Assembly: GCF_009914755.1 (NCBI RefSeq)
Contig: NC_060925.1
Origin: the human T2T-CHM13v2.0 reference genome, Homo sapiens
Direction: 5' to 3' (one strand)
Length of the DNA: 64,000 nt
Shown: piece after piece, positions 21,257 to 34,416 of the stretch
Layout: each line of letters begins with the position of its first letter
Numbering within the stretch: position 1 is the first letter of the stretch
Notes under the pieces: generated by a model
Told to the model about the DNA's origin: nothing
Database searches by the model: none
Seen by the model: only the letters and a program-made list of their open reading frames with translations
Program-made: the position numbers and the translations under genes

Positions 21257-21600
21257 TATTCAGTAAGAATGGAATGATTTCAAAGTTTGTAGGAACTTAC
21301 TGGTGGAGCCACGTACCTGGGATTTGTGTGTATGAAGATTCTTCACTACTCATTCAAATTATGTAATAGTTTCTCTACTTTTGAGTTGTTTTTCTTGAAG
21401 TTTGTACAGTCATCTAAATCTTATTTGCACTAAATTGTTTACAAGATTATCTAACTTTTTTGATGTCTATAGTATTTCTAGTTTCCATTCTTGATAAAGA
21501 TTGTTGACATCCCTCCTTTTATAGCTATTAGATGTTTGCCAATTTTAATTTTTCTTTTCCAAAAAAAATCAACTTTTGGCTTCTTTCAACCTATTCTATG

Positions 21601-21877
21601 CTGTGGTGTGCTAGTGAGTTAGCTCCAAACATAAAATCCTGGCTTGTTGATTTCCATAGTGTAAACAGTCCCATCATGGTTGACTTCAAGCTACTTATTT
21701 GAATTGGCTCCAAACATAAAACAAAATCCTGGCTTGTTTGTTGAGTTCCATAGTGTAAACAGTCCCATCGTGGGTGACTTCAAGCTACTTATTTGATGTT
21801 ATTGATCATGGAGTTGCCAAGAGGTGTGCACAATTGGCTCTCCTATGCCAGTACAGGCTGGCTCTGGTACACCACTG
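21601..21877. mobile_element. MER63-like hAT element with internal tandem duplication
   Basis: Imperfect terminal inverted repeats ctgtggtgtgct / gtacaccactg. Confidence 0.55.
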
Positions 21878-22949
21878 CTTTTATTTTCCATTTCGTTAAT
21901 TTCTGCTCTTAACATTATTTCTGTCCTTCTATTTTCTGTCTTATTTTGCTGTCCTTTTTCTAACTTCTTGAAAAGGGATTTTCAGCTCAAGACTTTTCAG
22001 ACTCTTCTAATACACTTACTTATGGCTATAAATGTCCCTGTAAGTGCTGCTTCAGTTTCATCCCACAGGTGTTGCTATTGTTATTTTATGGTTCAGTTCA
22101 AAATATTTTCTCAATACCATTGACTCTGTCTCTGTGTTATTCAGGCTTGTTTTTACAGTTCTTTATTGATTTCTATCTTAAATGCACTGTAGTAAAAAAT
22201 GACAATTATTTCAATTTTCAAAATTTCTTGAGTTGCTTTATAACTAAGTATGTGGTTGACTGTGGTGATGTGTCTGCTTTCAAAAAACTGTACATTCTGA
22301 TTTTGGTCGTGTTGTTCTGTACATATTAATTGCGTCATTTTTACATCATGTTATTCACGTTTCCTATATCCTTAACTTTTCTCTTGCTAGTCTTAACGAT
22401 TAGTGAGAAAGTCCTGTTAAAATTACCCAATATGACCAGGCATTTTTTTTCTTTGTAATTCTGTCACTTCACTTTGTTTCATATGTATTTTTCATTAGGT
22501 ACTTATAAATTTTAAATTTAAAACACATTTCCTTTTTAGACTCAGAAGTCATCTAAGACTCTTTCCTTTCATTCCTTTTATATCCCATCAGTCATATTTA
22601 AAAGATATCTATATGTAAACTGACGTCAATAGACATGATGTAAAAGAAGGGGGTGGCTCTGGTAAAGCTAAAGTAACTCCACTATGAGAGTGCATTAACT
22701 ATGGGGGAAATACTTTCTATATTGCAGAACACATATTTGGTGGTACGTAGCCTCACATCGCCACCCGGAAAAGTCTGCATATATTGAATTTGGAATGGAT
22801 CAAACTGCACTGAGTGCAAAATTGTAAATTGCATCTTATATAAATGTTTTAGAACTAGATGATGGAGCAGATGGGATCTATTAAGAGAACGGGGTGCCAG
22901 ATGACTGACCATAAACATGCTTTTTAATAAAGACTCTGCTGAGAGATTA

Positions 22950-23740
22950 ACTCATATATTTTCTAAAATTTTTATTTCTTGTTCATTTTGTTTCTAAGAT
23001 ATTCACTCACATATTAAAAATAACAACGTCTCAAAACATTTGAAGCAACTCTCTTCATCCCTTTTAAAAATACCTTGCTGTTTCGGGGGTTAAAAAAAGC
23101 CACAAGGGAGATTAAAACAATACAAATATTTATTTTCCCAACTCCCCTGCCATGGGTTCTGGGACGTCACCGCCTCTTTCTGGGGCCCGTTTCATCCTTT
23201 TCTTTTAATCCAAGAAGCGATGGTGTTGTGCGCCTGTAGTCCCAGCTACCTGGGAGGCAGGCTGAGGTGGGAGGATCTTTTGGGTCCAGGATTTTGAGGC
23301 TGCAGTAAGCCGTGTTCTCACCACTGCACTCGAGACTGGGCGGAAGAGCGAGACACTGTATCAAAAACAAAACAAAACAAAACGAGAAGGCATCGCGGCT
23401 CTGTAACACTCCGTCCAGCTCTCGCACTCTCAGATGCAAACTTCCACACAAACTCCTCGGCTCGCCTTGTCCCGCGGGACTAGCATATCAAGCCTTCCGG
23501 GACACACCGTGCGATGATATATACGTATATACCCCTCTTGCCCTTGAAGGCCGGAAGTCGGTCTTACAGATAAAAGCGAAACAGGAAGTCCCGCCCCTCT
23601 ATGGAAAGTAAATGGTAGCTCGGAAGGGTCAAAAGAGTCCGCGGTTTCGCCGCGTGAGTTGCTTTTTGCGGCTGGGGAGGTCTACGCTTCTAGAGCTTGA
23701 GCCAGCGGGGCGACCCTGCAGTGGCAGGACTCGGCACCGC
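22950..23740 (-). ncRNA. COA6-AS1: Probable divergent antisense lncRNA (COA6-AS1 region); extent approximate
   Basis: Recalled annotation of a head-to-head antisense RNA; minus-strand AATAAA at 23129-23134 and 22971-22976; structure not derivable from sequence. Confidence 0.4.
23205..23384 (+). mobile_element. Alu right monomer (J/FRAM-like) adjoining the COA6 CpG island
   Basis: gcgcctgtagtcccagctac...gaggctgcagtaagcc; (CAAAA)n tail. Confidence 0.85.
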
Positions 23741-23823
23741 GCCCTCCACCGCCGGTTGGTGGCCTGCGTGACAGTTTCCTCCCGTCGACATCGAAAGGAA
23801 GCCGGACGTGGGCGGGCAGAGAG
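23612..23823 (+). CDS. COA6: COA6 exon 1a coding part (long ~155-aa isoform, MVARKGQKSPRFRR...RGRAE)
   Basis: ATG at 23612; donor AG|gtcggc at 23824; splices in frame (AG+C=Ser) to exon 2, reproducing the COA6 long-isoform sequence as I recall it. Confidence 0.9.
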
Positions 23824-23863
23824 GTCGGCTTGCTGATGGGTCCGGGTGGGGCGCGCGTGGACT

Positions 23864-23985
23864 ATGGGCCCGGGAGGTCCCTTACTGTCCCCGAGCCGCG
23901 GGTTCCTCTTGTGCAAAACGGGGTGGCACTCCAATCGCCTGCTTGGTGATTGTGGCCCCCACACACCTGTTTCTACAGCGCTTAG
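23864..23985 (+). CDS. COA6: COA6 exon 1b coding part (~125-aa isoform, MGPGGPLLSPSRGFLLC...STAL)
   Basis: ATG in strong Kozak context (actATGG); 40 codons plus AG, then donor gttcga at 23986; same phase as exon 1a. Confidence 0.85.
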
Positions 23986-24374
23986 GTTCGAACAGTAACC
24001 CTGTAAACTAGGCACTGCTGTCCCCGCTTTACTGGTGGGAAACGGGCTCGGAGAGAATAAATGAGCTGCCCTAAGCGACTGGGACAGAACCACAGTTCTC
24101 AGCCGGGCTTTCTGAGCCCACGCTGCCGCCCCAGCAGGGATCAAATCACACAGTGTGAGATAAGCCTCAAGAGCGGGTGGCCTTATGCTGCCACTGAGAA
24201 CTGATTGGGTTCAGTTGCCTCATCAAAATCCCTAAGCATGGTTTTGTTTTGTTTTTGTTTTTTTTTTTTTTTTTAGTTTTAAAGGAAGAGGAGATTGACG
24301 GTTTTCCTCTTTCCTTATCTTCTCTTCAGATTACAAAGTTCATTGTTAATCTCAAATATTATTTTGGCCAACAG

Positions 24375-24534
24375 CTTCATCGCAGTAGGAATGGCAGCCC
24401 CATCTATGAAGGAAAGACAGGTCTGCTGGGGGGCCCGGGATGAGTACTGGAAGTGTTTAGATGAGAACTTAGAGGATGCTTCTCAATGCAAGAAGTTAAG
24501 AAGCTCTTTCGAATCAAGTTGTCCCCAACAGTGG
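24375..24534 (+). CDS. COA6: COA6 exon 2: (S)FIAVGMAAPSMKERQVCWGARDEYWKC...SQCKKLRSSFESSCPQQW; ATG 24391 starts the 79-aa short form
   Basis: Acceptor ccaacag|, donor TGG|gtaagt; twin Cx9C / Cx10C motif of this cytochrome c oxidase assembly factor. Confidence 0.97.
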
Positions 24535-25152
24535 GTAAGTCACACTTTGATGTGTTTCTCTTCCCTGTTAAGATACATCGAGCTTATACTGTGAGTGGTA
24601 GGCTGACATGAAGCGCTCTCTGAGGCATGTCAATTAACAGTTTCTTTGAGGCGCAGAGAAAACCTTGCCTGGTAATTCAGCCTTATTTGACGCACTTACA
24701 TCAGCTAGATCTTTGGAGAATGTCAACTGACACATTAAAGAGCATCGAAAAACACAACAAACATATGAACAGTAACCAAAAAATTCCAGTTCATTTCACT
24801 GGTAGACTTTTCCAGGATCTTCTGAAGGGGTAGTATTTAATCTTGGGCAGGAGTTGGCAAAATTATTGACCTAGAGCTACTATCAGAAATAAAGCATTCC
24901 CAGTTGCTCACCCAAAAATCCTGTAAGTCATCATATACCCAAAATATAAAGAAAGGAGTTTGGTAAGCAGAAGAAAGAAAAGGTTCATATGGTGGATTCT
25001 GTCTCCCTGACAGGCATTCAAGCGCTGTATCCCCTGTCCTTAGTATAAGGGGGGATTGGAAAGAGGACTATTACTGAGGTTAGTAAGTGGCCATGTGTGC
25101 TAAGTGCTTGACATTTTCATCTTCACCAGTACCTGTTAAGATAGGTGTTGTT

Positions 25153-25445
25153 GGCTGGGTGCGGTGGCTCACGCCTGTAATCCCAGCACTTTGGGAGGCT
25201 GAGGCGGGCAGATCACGAGGTCAGGAGTTCAAGACCAGCCTGGCCAACATAGTGAAACCCCATCTCTACTAAAAATACAAAAAAAAAAAAAAAAAAAATA
25301 GCTGGGCATGGTGGCACATGCCTCTAATCCCAGCTACTCAGGAGGCTGAGGCAGGAGAATTGCTTGAACCAGGACCTGGGAGGTGGAGGTTGTAGTGAGC
25401 CAAGATCACGCCACTGCATTCCAGCCTGGGCCACAGAGCGAGACG
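25153..25445 (+). mobile_element. Alu (S)
   Basis: Alu dimer. Confidence 0.95.
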
Positions 25446-25791
25446 TTGTTATTCTCTATCTCCAGAGGAGGCAGCTGAAGCTCAGAGCATTGAAGTAACT
25501 CGCTTGTTATTACTCAGCAAGTGGCAAAACTGTAATTTTAAGGCAGGCCTAACTGGCTGGTGTGGGATTTGAACTTGGATTTGCCTGTGCTTTTTCACTG
25601 TCTTATGCTGCTGCAAAATATACCATGTAGTTGGAAAACAGATACTTTTAGAGTTGAAGTGGTTTTAGGGGTTTTGCCCTCTCATACCTCAAACCTTTAA
25701 AAGGCTCTGAAGGAGGCTACAAGAAGGCTGTGATGCAGGGAGGGGTCGTATTGGTGGCTGAGCTGGGGATGAACACAGTGAACAGAAATTA

Positions 25792-26102
25792 CTTTATTTT
25801 TCTTTCTTTAATTTTTAGAGACAGGTTCTCAATCTGTCACCCTGGCTTGAGTGTAGTGGCGTGATCATAGCTCACTGCAGCCTTGACCTCCTGGCCTCAA
25901 GCAATCTTCCCGCCTAAACCTCCTGAGAAGCTGGCACTATGGGCATTTGCCACCATGCCTGGCTAATTTTTAAAATTATTTTGTAAAGACAGGATCTCAC
26001 TATGTTGCCCAGGCTGGGCTCGAACTCCTGGGCTCAAGTGATCTTCCCACCTCGACCTCCCAAAGCACTGGGATTAACAGGCGTGAGTCACCACGTCTGG
26101 CC
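25792..26102 (-). mobile_element. Alu (J)
   Basis: Reverse Alu dimer. Confidence 0.93.
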
Positions 26103-27085
26103 AGGCATTGCTTTAGATGAACTCTTCATCTGTAAAACCAGCCTGTTACAACCTATCTCGTGGGATTGTTATGACAACAAAATGCATAACTTGACATGTA
26201 AACTGAAAACTGATCAATGTGGGACTCTATGATTGAATTAGATAATGACTCCAGAAGAAAATATTATACATCTGTAGTTTTCCCATTAGACAGATGCATT
26301 GAGAGGAACTCCAGGTTTAAGGAGTTCCCCTTCGATCCCACTTTTATCCTCTCTCTCCTCCTGCAACCCACTGCTTTTTCTCCAGCCTGATGGCTCCCAC
26401 TCCCACACTTCCGGGGCAGCTTCCAGTCTGTGTGCCAGAAAGGGTTTTTACAACCAGCCATTTGGTTCTTGATCGTATGTACATCTCTCTCACTCAAGCA
26501 GACTGGGTGCCATCCCCTGAGGCCCCAACCTCTCTCCAGGTCACTGCGTCCTAGTCACCGCTAACATGAATTGAGTACATCCTCTACACTCTACACTCTA
26601 CACACTTGAAATGTGTCATCTATCTTATTTATCCCTCGTGGAACTCTCTTAGCGGTTTTATAGGTAAGGGCACATTGACATGAAGTCACCTGTAGTAACA
26701 GAGCCTGGATTTGAACTCAGTAGTCTGATTCCAGACCCCACATACTTCTTCCTATGCCTACCATGCAAGAAAAGGATCCATGAAAATAGCTTGCACAAGT
26801 CTCATGTAGTTCTAGAAACTGAGTTATCATTCAGGTCTACTTGAATACAAAAGCCCTGTCTCCTTGGGTCTCTTTACGGTTCTCTCACCCAGTTCCTTCA
26901 TTCGCGTCTAGCAGCCGCTGCTCTTTGGAATGCCTTGCTGTGAGTCTTAAATGCCCGTGTTCATTAGAGCTCCCTTCTCTGCTACTCACTCGACCAAGGC
27001 AATCCTGTTTACAGCCATGGCTTGAAGTCCCAGCTTATGTGTTGATGCCTATCTTAGCCCAGGCTGTCATAACAAAATACCTTAG

Positions 27086-27571
<486 letters not shown>

Positions 27572-28663
27572 TCTTCCTCTTCTTATAAGGACATTAATCC
27601 CATCAGGTTAGCAGGGCCCACACTCATGACCTGCACCCAGTAGGCCTCTCCTCCCATGCTTCCAGCTTCAGTGAAAGACACCAGCATCAACTTAGGACCC
27701 GGGACCTGCGTGTCACCCTCGACTGAATTATTGGAGTGTTCTCAGGAGGGAGACTAGGTAAGTTAGGGCTGTGAGCTCAGCTGCTGTCCAGCTTCACTCT
27801 GATCCTTCTGGAAGCTCTGGAGTGTAAATTGCACCATATTTCATGGCTTTTGTGCCTGCCAGTCATTGGCATTGGCTGAGGGGCAGGTCTCTGGAGAAGG
27901 GGGCAGCCATCTGCTGTTAGCCACTGCCCAGCACAGCGGGGAGTGCGTGCATGGGTCTGCAGAGGGAATCTGGACAGAGGCCCAATAGTGGCCATTACCT
28001 CACCTGTCCAGATGCAGGCAGCATGAAGCTACCACAGCACCCCCACATGGGGTGTGTACCTATAAAACTCACCCGTAGAACCGCAGAGCTGAGTGCAAGC
28101 TCTCTGTAACCAGTCTTGCTGCCAGGGGGTGAAGGAGAGGAATGACCGTGTTCATCATCAGTTAAAGCACTTGTGTTGTCTGGGGAAGGAGTATGACAGT
28201 TAATGGATCTAGAGCGGAGACTCAGTGTTCCCCTTCTGACAAGAAAAGTACATTCACGTGTTTTGTAAAAAGCGTATTTATTAAAGTTCAAGAACACATA
28301 ACCTGCCCATTTTAATGGAATGATAGAGAAAAAAAATCACCCAAATATAGATGATGGCCCTACTTCAGCTCCATGGTCATTTTTTTGGTGCATATCCTGT
28401 TCATTTAGTCATTCCACAAATATCTATTGAGCACCTCCTATGTGCCATAGGAAAATACAGCAAGGAAAAATAGACAAAGTGCTCAGCCCTCATGTAGCAT
28501 ACATTCTAGTATGGGGAGAGAGACAAGTAGTAGAATTAAAAGGATGTTATATGGTGATAAGTGATAGGATGAAAAATCAAACAAGGGTACAGGTTTAAGT
28601 AGGATGGTCAAGAAAGGTTTTATTTATACAGTAACTGTTTTCACAAAGTTATGAAAAAAGTTA

Positions 28664-29326
<663 letters not shown>

Positions 29327-29727
29327 CATGGTTGGTGCTTTTACTCTTAGTAATACAGGAAGCTATTGGAGAGCTTTGGGTTTAGGAGTAAGGAGGGAAG
29401 TGAGGCCATGAGAGGGATGACAATCAGTAGAAAGGTGGTGGGACTGGTTGGCTGTTGGCATTAAGTCCAAGAGGGAATGTTCAGAGGTAGGGGTTGGAGA
29501 ATGGGATTCTCACAATTGGAATTATGGAAGGGTTCTGTTTGTTATGAGGATAAGATATAAGCTTTGATCCTGGGAGTAAGGTAGGTTGGAGGATGAGATC
29601 ATTGAAGAGGTCAAGGAACAGAGGCCATGGTATTGAAAAGATCAGTATGTGGACATTGAAATTACCCGCGAGTTTTGACCTGAGTACCCACGAGTTGTGA
29701 CCTGATTATTGTTGGAAAAAATGATGG

Positions 29728-30106
29728 TGTATTAGTCCGTTTTCATACTGCTATAAAGAACTGCCTGAGACTGGTTAATTTACAAAGGAAAGAGGTTTAA
29801 TTGACTCACAGTTCAGCATGGCTGGGGAGGCCTCAGGAAACTTACAATCATGGTGGAAGGCAAGGGGGAAGCAAGGCACCTTCTTCACAAGGCGGCAGGA
29901 AGGAGAAGTGCCAAACAAAGGGGGAAGAGCCCCTTATAAAACCATCTGATCTTATGAGAACTCACTTACTGTCACAAGAACAGCGTGGGAGAAACTACCC
30001 CGGTGATTCAGTTACCTTCACCTGGTCTCTCCCTTGACAAGTGGCGATTATGGGGATTACAATTCAAGATGAGATTTGGGTGGGGACACAAAGCCTAACC
30101 ATATCA
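29728..30106 (-). mobile_element. THE1-type MaLR solo LTR in COA6 intron 2
   Basis: tgtattagtcc...aaccatatca ends; 5-bp TSD GATGG at 29723 and 30107. Confidence 0.9.
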
Positions 30107-30849
30107 GATGGTGACCTGCAAAGTTGTAGATGACTGTAACAAAGAAGGGAAGCAGGTAGTATAGTAAATTATTCCCATTGACTTCTGCAGCATTTGACAG
30201 TGATAGCCCGTTTCCCATTTGCACCCATTTTCTTCTGCACCACTGTTCTTTCTTAGTTCATAACTGAGTTATTTCTCAGCCTGCCCTTCACTATCGGTTC
30301 TTTGCTCCCTGTTCACCTGTGCTCTCTTTTCAAGTATTACCTTGTCAAAGTCCTACTCAATTGCCACAGAATAAAAGCTGAAAAGTTTTTCCAGAGATAT
30401 GTGTGCATAAGGGTGGGGAGGCACACGGGAGGGCAAGTAAATGGAAATCTCTTTTGAGTGCATTCTGAATGAGATGCTTTGTTTTTGTTGCCTTTAATTT
30501 TCATTCAGTCTTGTGAGGTACTTTGTATCTGCTTTATACAATAGGAACTAAGGTTCAGAAAGGTAAAATAATTTGTCTTAGACCAGCCAACCAGTAAAGT
30601 AGTAGAGAGAGGATTTGAATGTCTATGATTTCAAAATTTGGATCTTTTACTTAGCTGATGTGACAGCCACGAAATAAAGATAAAAAATAGCACCACCAAA
30701 TTGGGATTTAGATTGAGTAATTCTATCCCAAAACACCAAAAATACATGCTTATTACAAAATAAATATGCCATACAACTAATATGGTAGCTGTTACCAAAA
30801 CAAATTAGTTCTCTCTCGTACTCACATATCTGTTTTATAGCACTCATCA

Positions 30850-31165
<316 letters not shown>

Positions 31166-31449
31166 GGCTCCTATTGTTCCTAACTTAGGAGCAGGGATCA
31201 GGCCTATCATTCTAGCATCATCTAACAAAGTTCCACAAACAGAGCAACCAGATATCCAAGATCTTTGATCTTAATATCAAATTCATATATTGTCTTTTTT
31301 CTATAAAACTTTGAAATGTCTCAGAAATCCCAGTATTTTGGCATTCACACTACTGTCCTGGGTCTTATTCAGTGGTTTAGAGACCACTCGCATATGTGTA
31401 TACAGTATTTCTCAATGAATCCTTGTTGATTCATTAGCCTTTTAGAGAA

Positions 31450-32150
31450 AGGACCGTGTGTTGAGGGTTTAGGCTGTTGGTTGAAAGAGAAGGTGATGGC
31501 TAGGGAGGAGAGCTTTCCAGGCAGAATGTGGTAATATGCAAAGGCATGGAATCAAGACGCGCAGGAAATGAGCATGGGGTAGCTCTGTAGGACAAACAGT
31601 TCAGGGACTGCTGGTGAATTCAGAGAGGATGGACAGGGGCGCAGGGATGAAGCCATCAGTGGCCTCGTTTGTCTTAGAAACCTTAAAGGCAATATGGATA
31701 CCTTGAAAGATCTTCAAACAAGCAAGTGACCTGATCAAATTTGGGTTTCAGAAAGATTATACTCTGGCAGCCTGGGACAGGTGAATTAAGGATGGTTGAG
31801 CCTAGAAATAGAGAAGCCAGTGAAAGAGCTGTTACAGCAACCCAAGTGAGAAATGATGAGGGTTTGTGCTGTGGCAGTGAAGAAGGGAAAAGAGATGTAA
31901 GTGTCTAGGTAGATGTGATGCGTTCATTGAAATAGGTATTAGAGGAGAAACATGTTTGGAGAGGAGCAAAGTTCTGGACAAGTTGGGACTGCAACATCAG
32001 TAGGACCTCTAAATGGAGTTGTCTTAGGCAGTTGGAGATGTGACAGGACATGCAAACATCTATTAATTTGTCACAAAAATGTTAAGGGCAATGTCCACTT
32101 CTTCCTTTGGTATCCTTATATAACATCCATCCTAGCCCAATCAGCCTGAG
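31450..32150 (-). mobile_element. L2 remnant
   Basis: ttccaggcagaatg...gcaaaggcatgga...gaaagattatactctggcagc, typical L2 motifs. Confidence 0.6.
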
Positions 32151-32871
32151 ACCACCAGGGATGAATGTATAGTCTGATTTGTGAATGCTTATAACCAGGA
32201 AGACCACACACCAGAGAACTGTGGGCATCTTACCAACAAAGAAAAAGAGAGTTATTAGAAGTTTAGGGGAAGAATGGAGTTTAGGTAAAATTTAAATGAA
32301 ATGGTGTTTTGACAACCTCAGTACAAAGCATAGGTGTCGTCGTCAGCTCTGGATCGAAAAGTGGACCAGGGTTTTCTTTCTTTGAAGTTAAAAGATTGAG
32401 TGTCATGTTCATGTTGAGAAATGTTATTTGACATCCTGGAGCTGGGTTGGAGATCAAGGCTGCTTCTGTGTCAGGGCGCCGTAGATCTTCTAGACAAAAG
32501 TGGGATGTTTCCTTCTTACAGATCAGACTTCAAACAGCAAATTTCTGGTAGTTAATGATTTTAGAGAACAAGATTTCCCAATGAATAAGAAAGCAGTAAT
32601 CACTCAAATAACGGATCTATTAGCACACTCCGTGGCTGTCGTACACCCTCGGGAGACATGTTTCCTTTCAGCTGACTTTGTGTGTGTCTGTTATCCTAGC
32701 TTGATTGATACAGCACAGGGCAGATTTTTACATTTGCAGTCCAAGATAATTTTTACTTACGAGCACCACTGAAATATTTAAGAATTAAATCCAAAGAAAG
32801 GCTTTTAACAAAAGAACTAGTGTTTTCTGGTCTGACAATGAAGATGAATTTAGAGTTGATAAGAAAAATGG

Positions 32872-33294
<423 letters not shown>

Positions 33295-33489
33295 CTACCT
33301 GAGAGCTCTGTGGACTCTGAACTCGCCAGCAAGCCTGACCTGTGTGCACATGGGTCCATTTCTTGAGAAGGTTCCTGAGTTATTCAAATTCTCAGTATGG
33401 TCTGTAATCCAAAAAGGATTAGGATTCACTGGTCTGTACTCTCCTCAGAGACTTTTTCATCAAATGCCTCAATTCAAAATGGTTCTAGA

Positions 33490-33752
33490 CAATGAGAACA
33501 CATCACAGGAAAGGGAACATCACACACCGGGGCCTGTTGTGGGGTGGGGGGAGGGGGGGACAGATAGCATTAGGAGGTATACCTAATGTTAAATGGCGAG
33601 TTACTGGGTGCAGCACACCAACATGGCACATGTATACATATGTAACTAACCTGCACGTTGTGCACGTGTACCCTAAAACTTAAAGTATAATAAAAAAAAA
33701 AAGAAAAACATCATTCATAGTTACAGCTGACACACACACACACACACACACA
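33490..33752 (+). mobile_element. 5'-truncated L1PA (about PA4-5) 3' end with extra 3' tag and (CA)n
   Basis: L1PA 3'UTR and G-rich tract; TSD CAAAATGGTTCTAGA at 33475 and 33753. Confidence 0.88.
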
Positions 33753-33878
33753 CAAAATGGTTCTAGAATATAAATCACTTAAATTTATGTTGAATAATAT
33801 GTTACATTTAAATCTGTGCTTTTGCTTATCTAAGCTGCATAACTTGCCCTTATTTCAAATCCTTTTTTTTTCCAACAG

Positions 33879-33974
33879 ATAAAATATTTTGATAAAAGAA
33901 GAGACTACTTAAAATTCAAAGAAAAATTTGAAGCAGGACAATTTGAGCCTTCAGAAACAACTGCAAAATCCTAG
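33879..33974 (+). CDS. COA6: COA6 exon 3 coding part IKYFDKRRDYLKFKEKFEAGQFEPSETTAKS*
   Basis: Acceptor ttttttttttccaacag|ATA, phase 0 continuation, TAG at 33972-33974. Confidence 0.97.
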   Translation: MKYFDKRRDYLKFKEKFEAGQFEPSETTAKS

Positions 33975-34136
33975 GCTGTTCATAAAGATTGAAAGTATTC
34001 TTTCTGGACATTGAAAAAGCTCCACTGACTATGGAACAGTAATAGTTTGAATCATAGTGAACATCAATACTTGTTCCCTATATACGACACTTGATAATTA
34101 AGATGATCAAGAACCAGAAGATCTGTGAAGAAATGA

Positions 34137-34416
34137 AATAAAATGGTATTTAGTAAGAAATCTCTATTTTAAGAAAAAAAGTAAAACCTGTTATAAACAC
34201 ATGCACTTTTGTTTTGTTTTTGTTTTGTTTTTAATTAGAGGATGGGTAGTAGGCAGATGATAAAATTTATAATATACATAGAAGTGAAATAAATGGGAGT
34301 TAGCATTTTAATACAGGCAAGAGCTATTACAACAACCCAAGTGAGAAATGATGAGGGTTTGTGGAAGGTTTATAAGGAAGAAGGGTGAACTTAAAATATA
34401 CAAGTAAAATAATAAA
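34137..34416 (+). terminator. COA6: COA6 polyadenylation signals
   Basis: AATAAA at 34137, 34288 and 34411 downstream of the stop; T/GT-rich tract near 34207-34232. Confidence 0.65.

Larger units (their letters stand above)
23380..24140. promoter_or_regulatory. CpG-island, probably bidirectional, promoter of COA6 with ETS/GABP and Sp1 motifs
   Basis: Dense CpG; CCGGAAGT at 23551, CAGGAAGT at 23582, CTTCCGG at 23494, GC box CCCGCCCC at 23590. Confidence 0.85.

Noticed and set aside
22620-22945. Unique-looking block with TGACGTCA and an AATAAAGAC LTR-like end; 78-aa minus ORF
   Set aside because: Could not assign it to an RNA gene, LTR family or protein
23629-24144. 171-aa minus-strand ORF over the CpG island
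   Set aside because: Non-ATG start, GC-rich stop depletion, no recognisable domain
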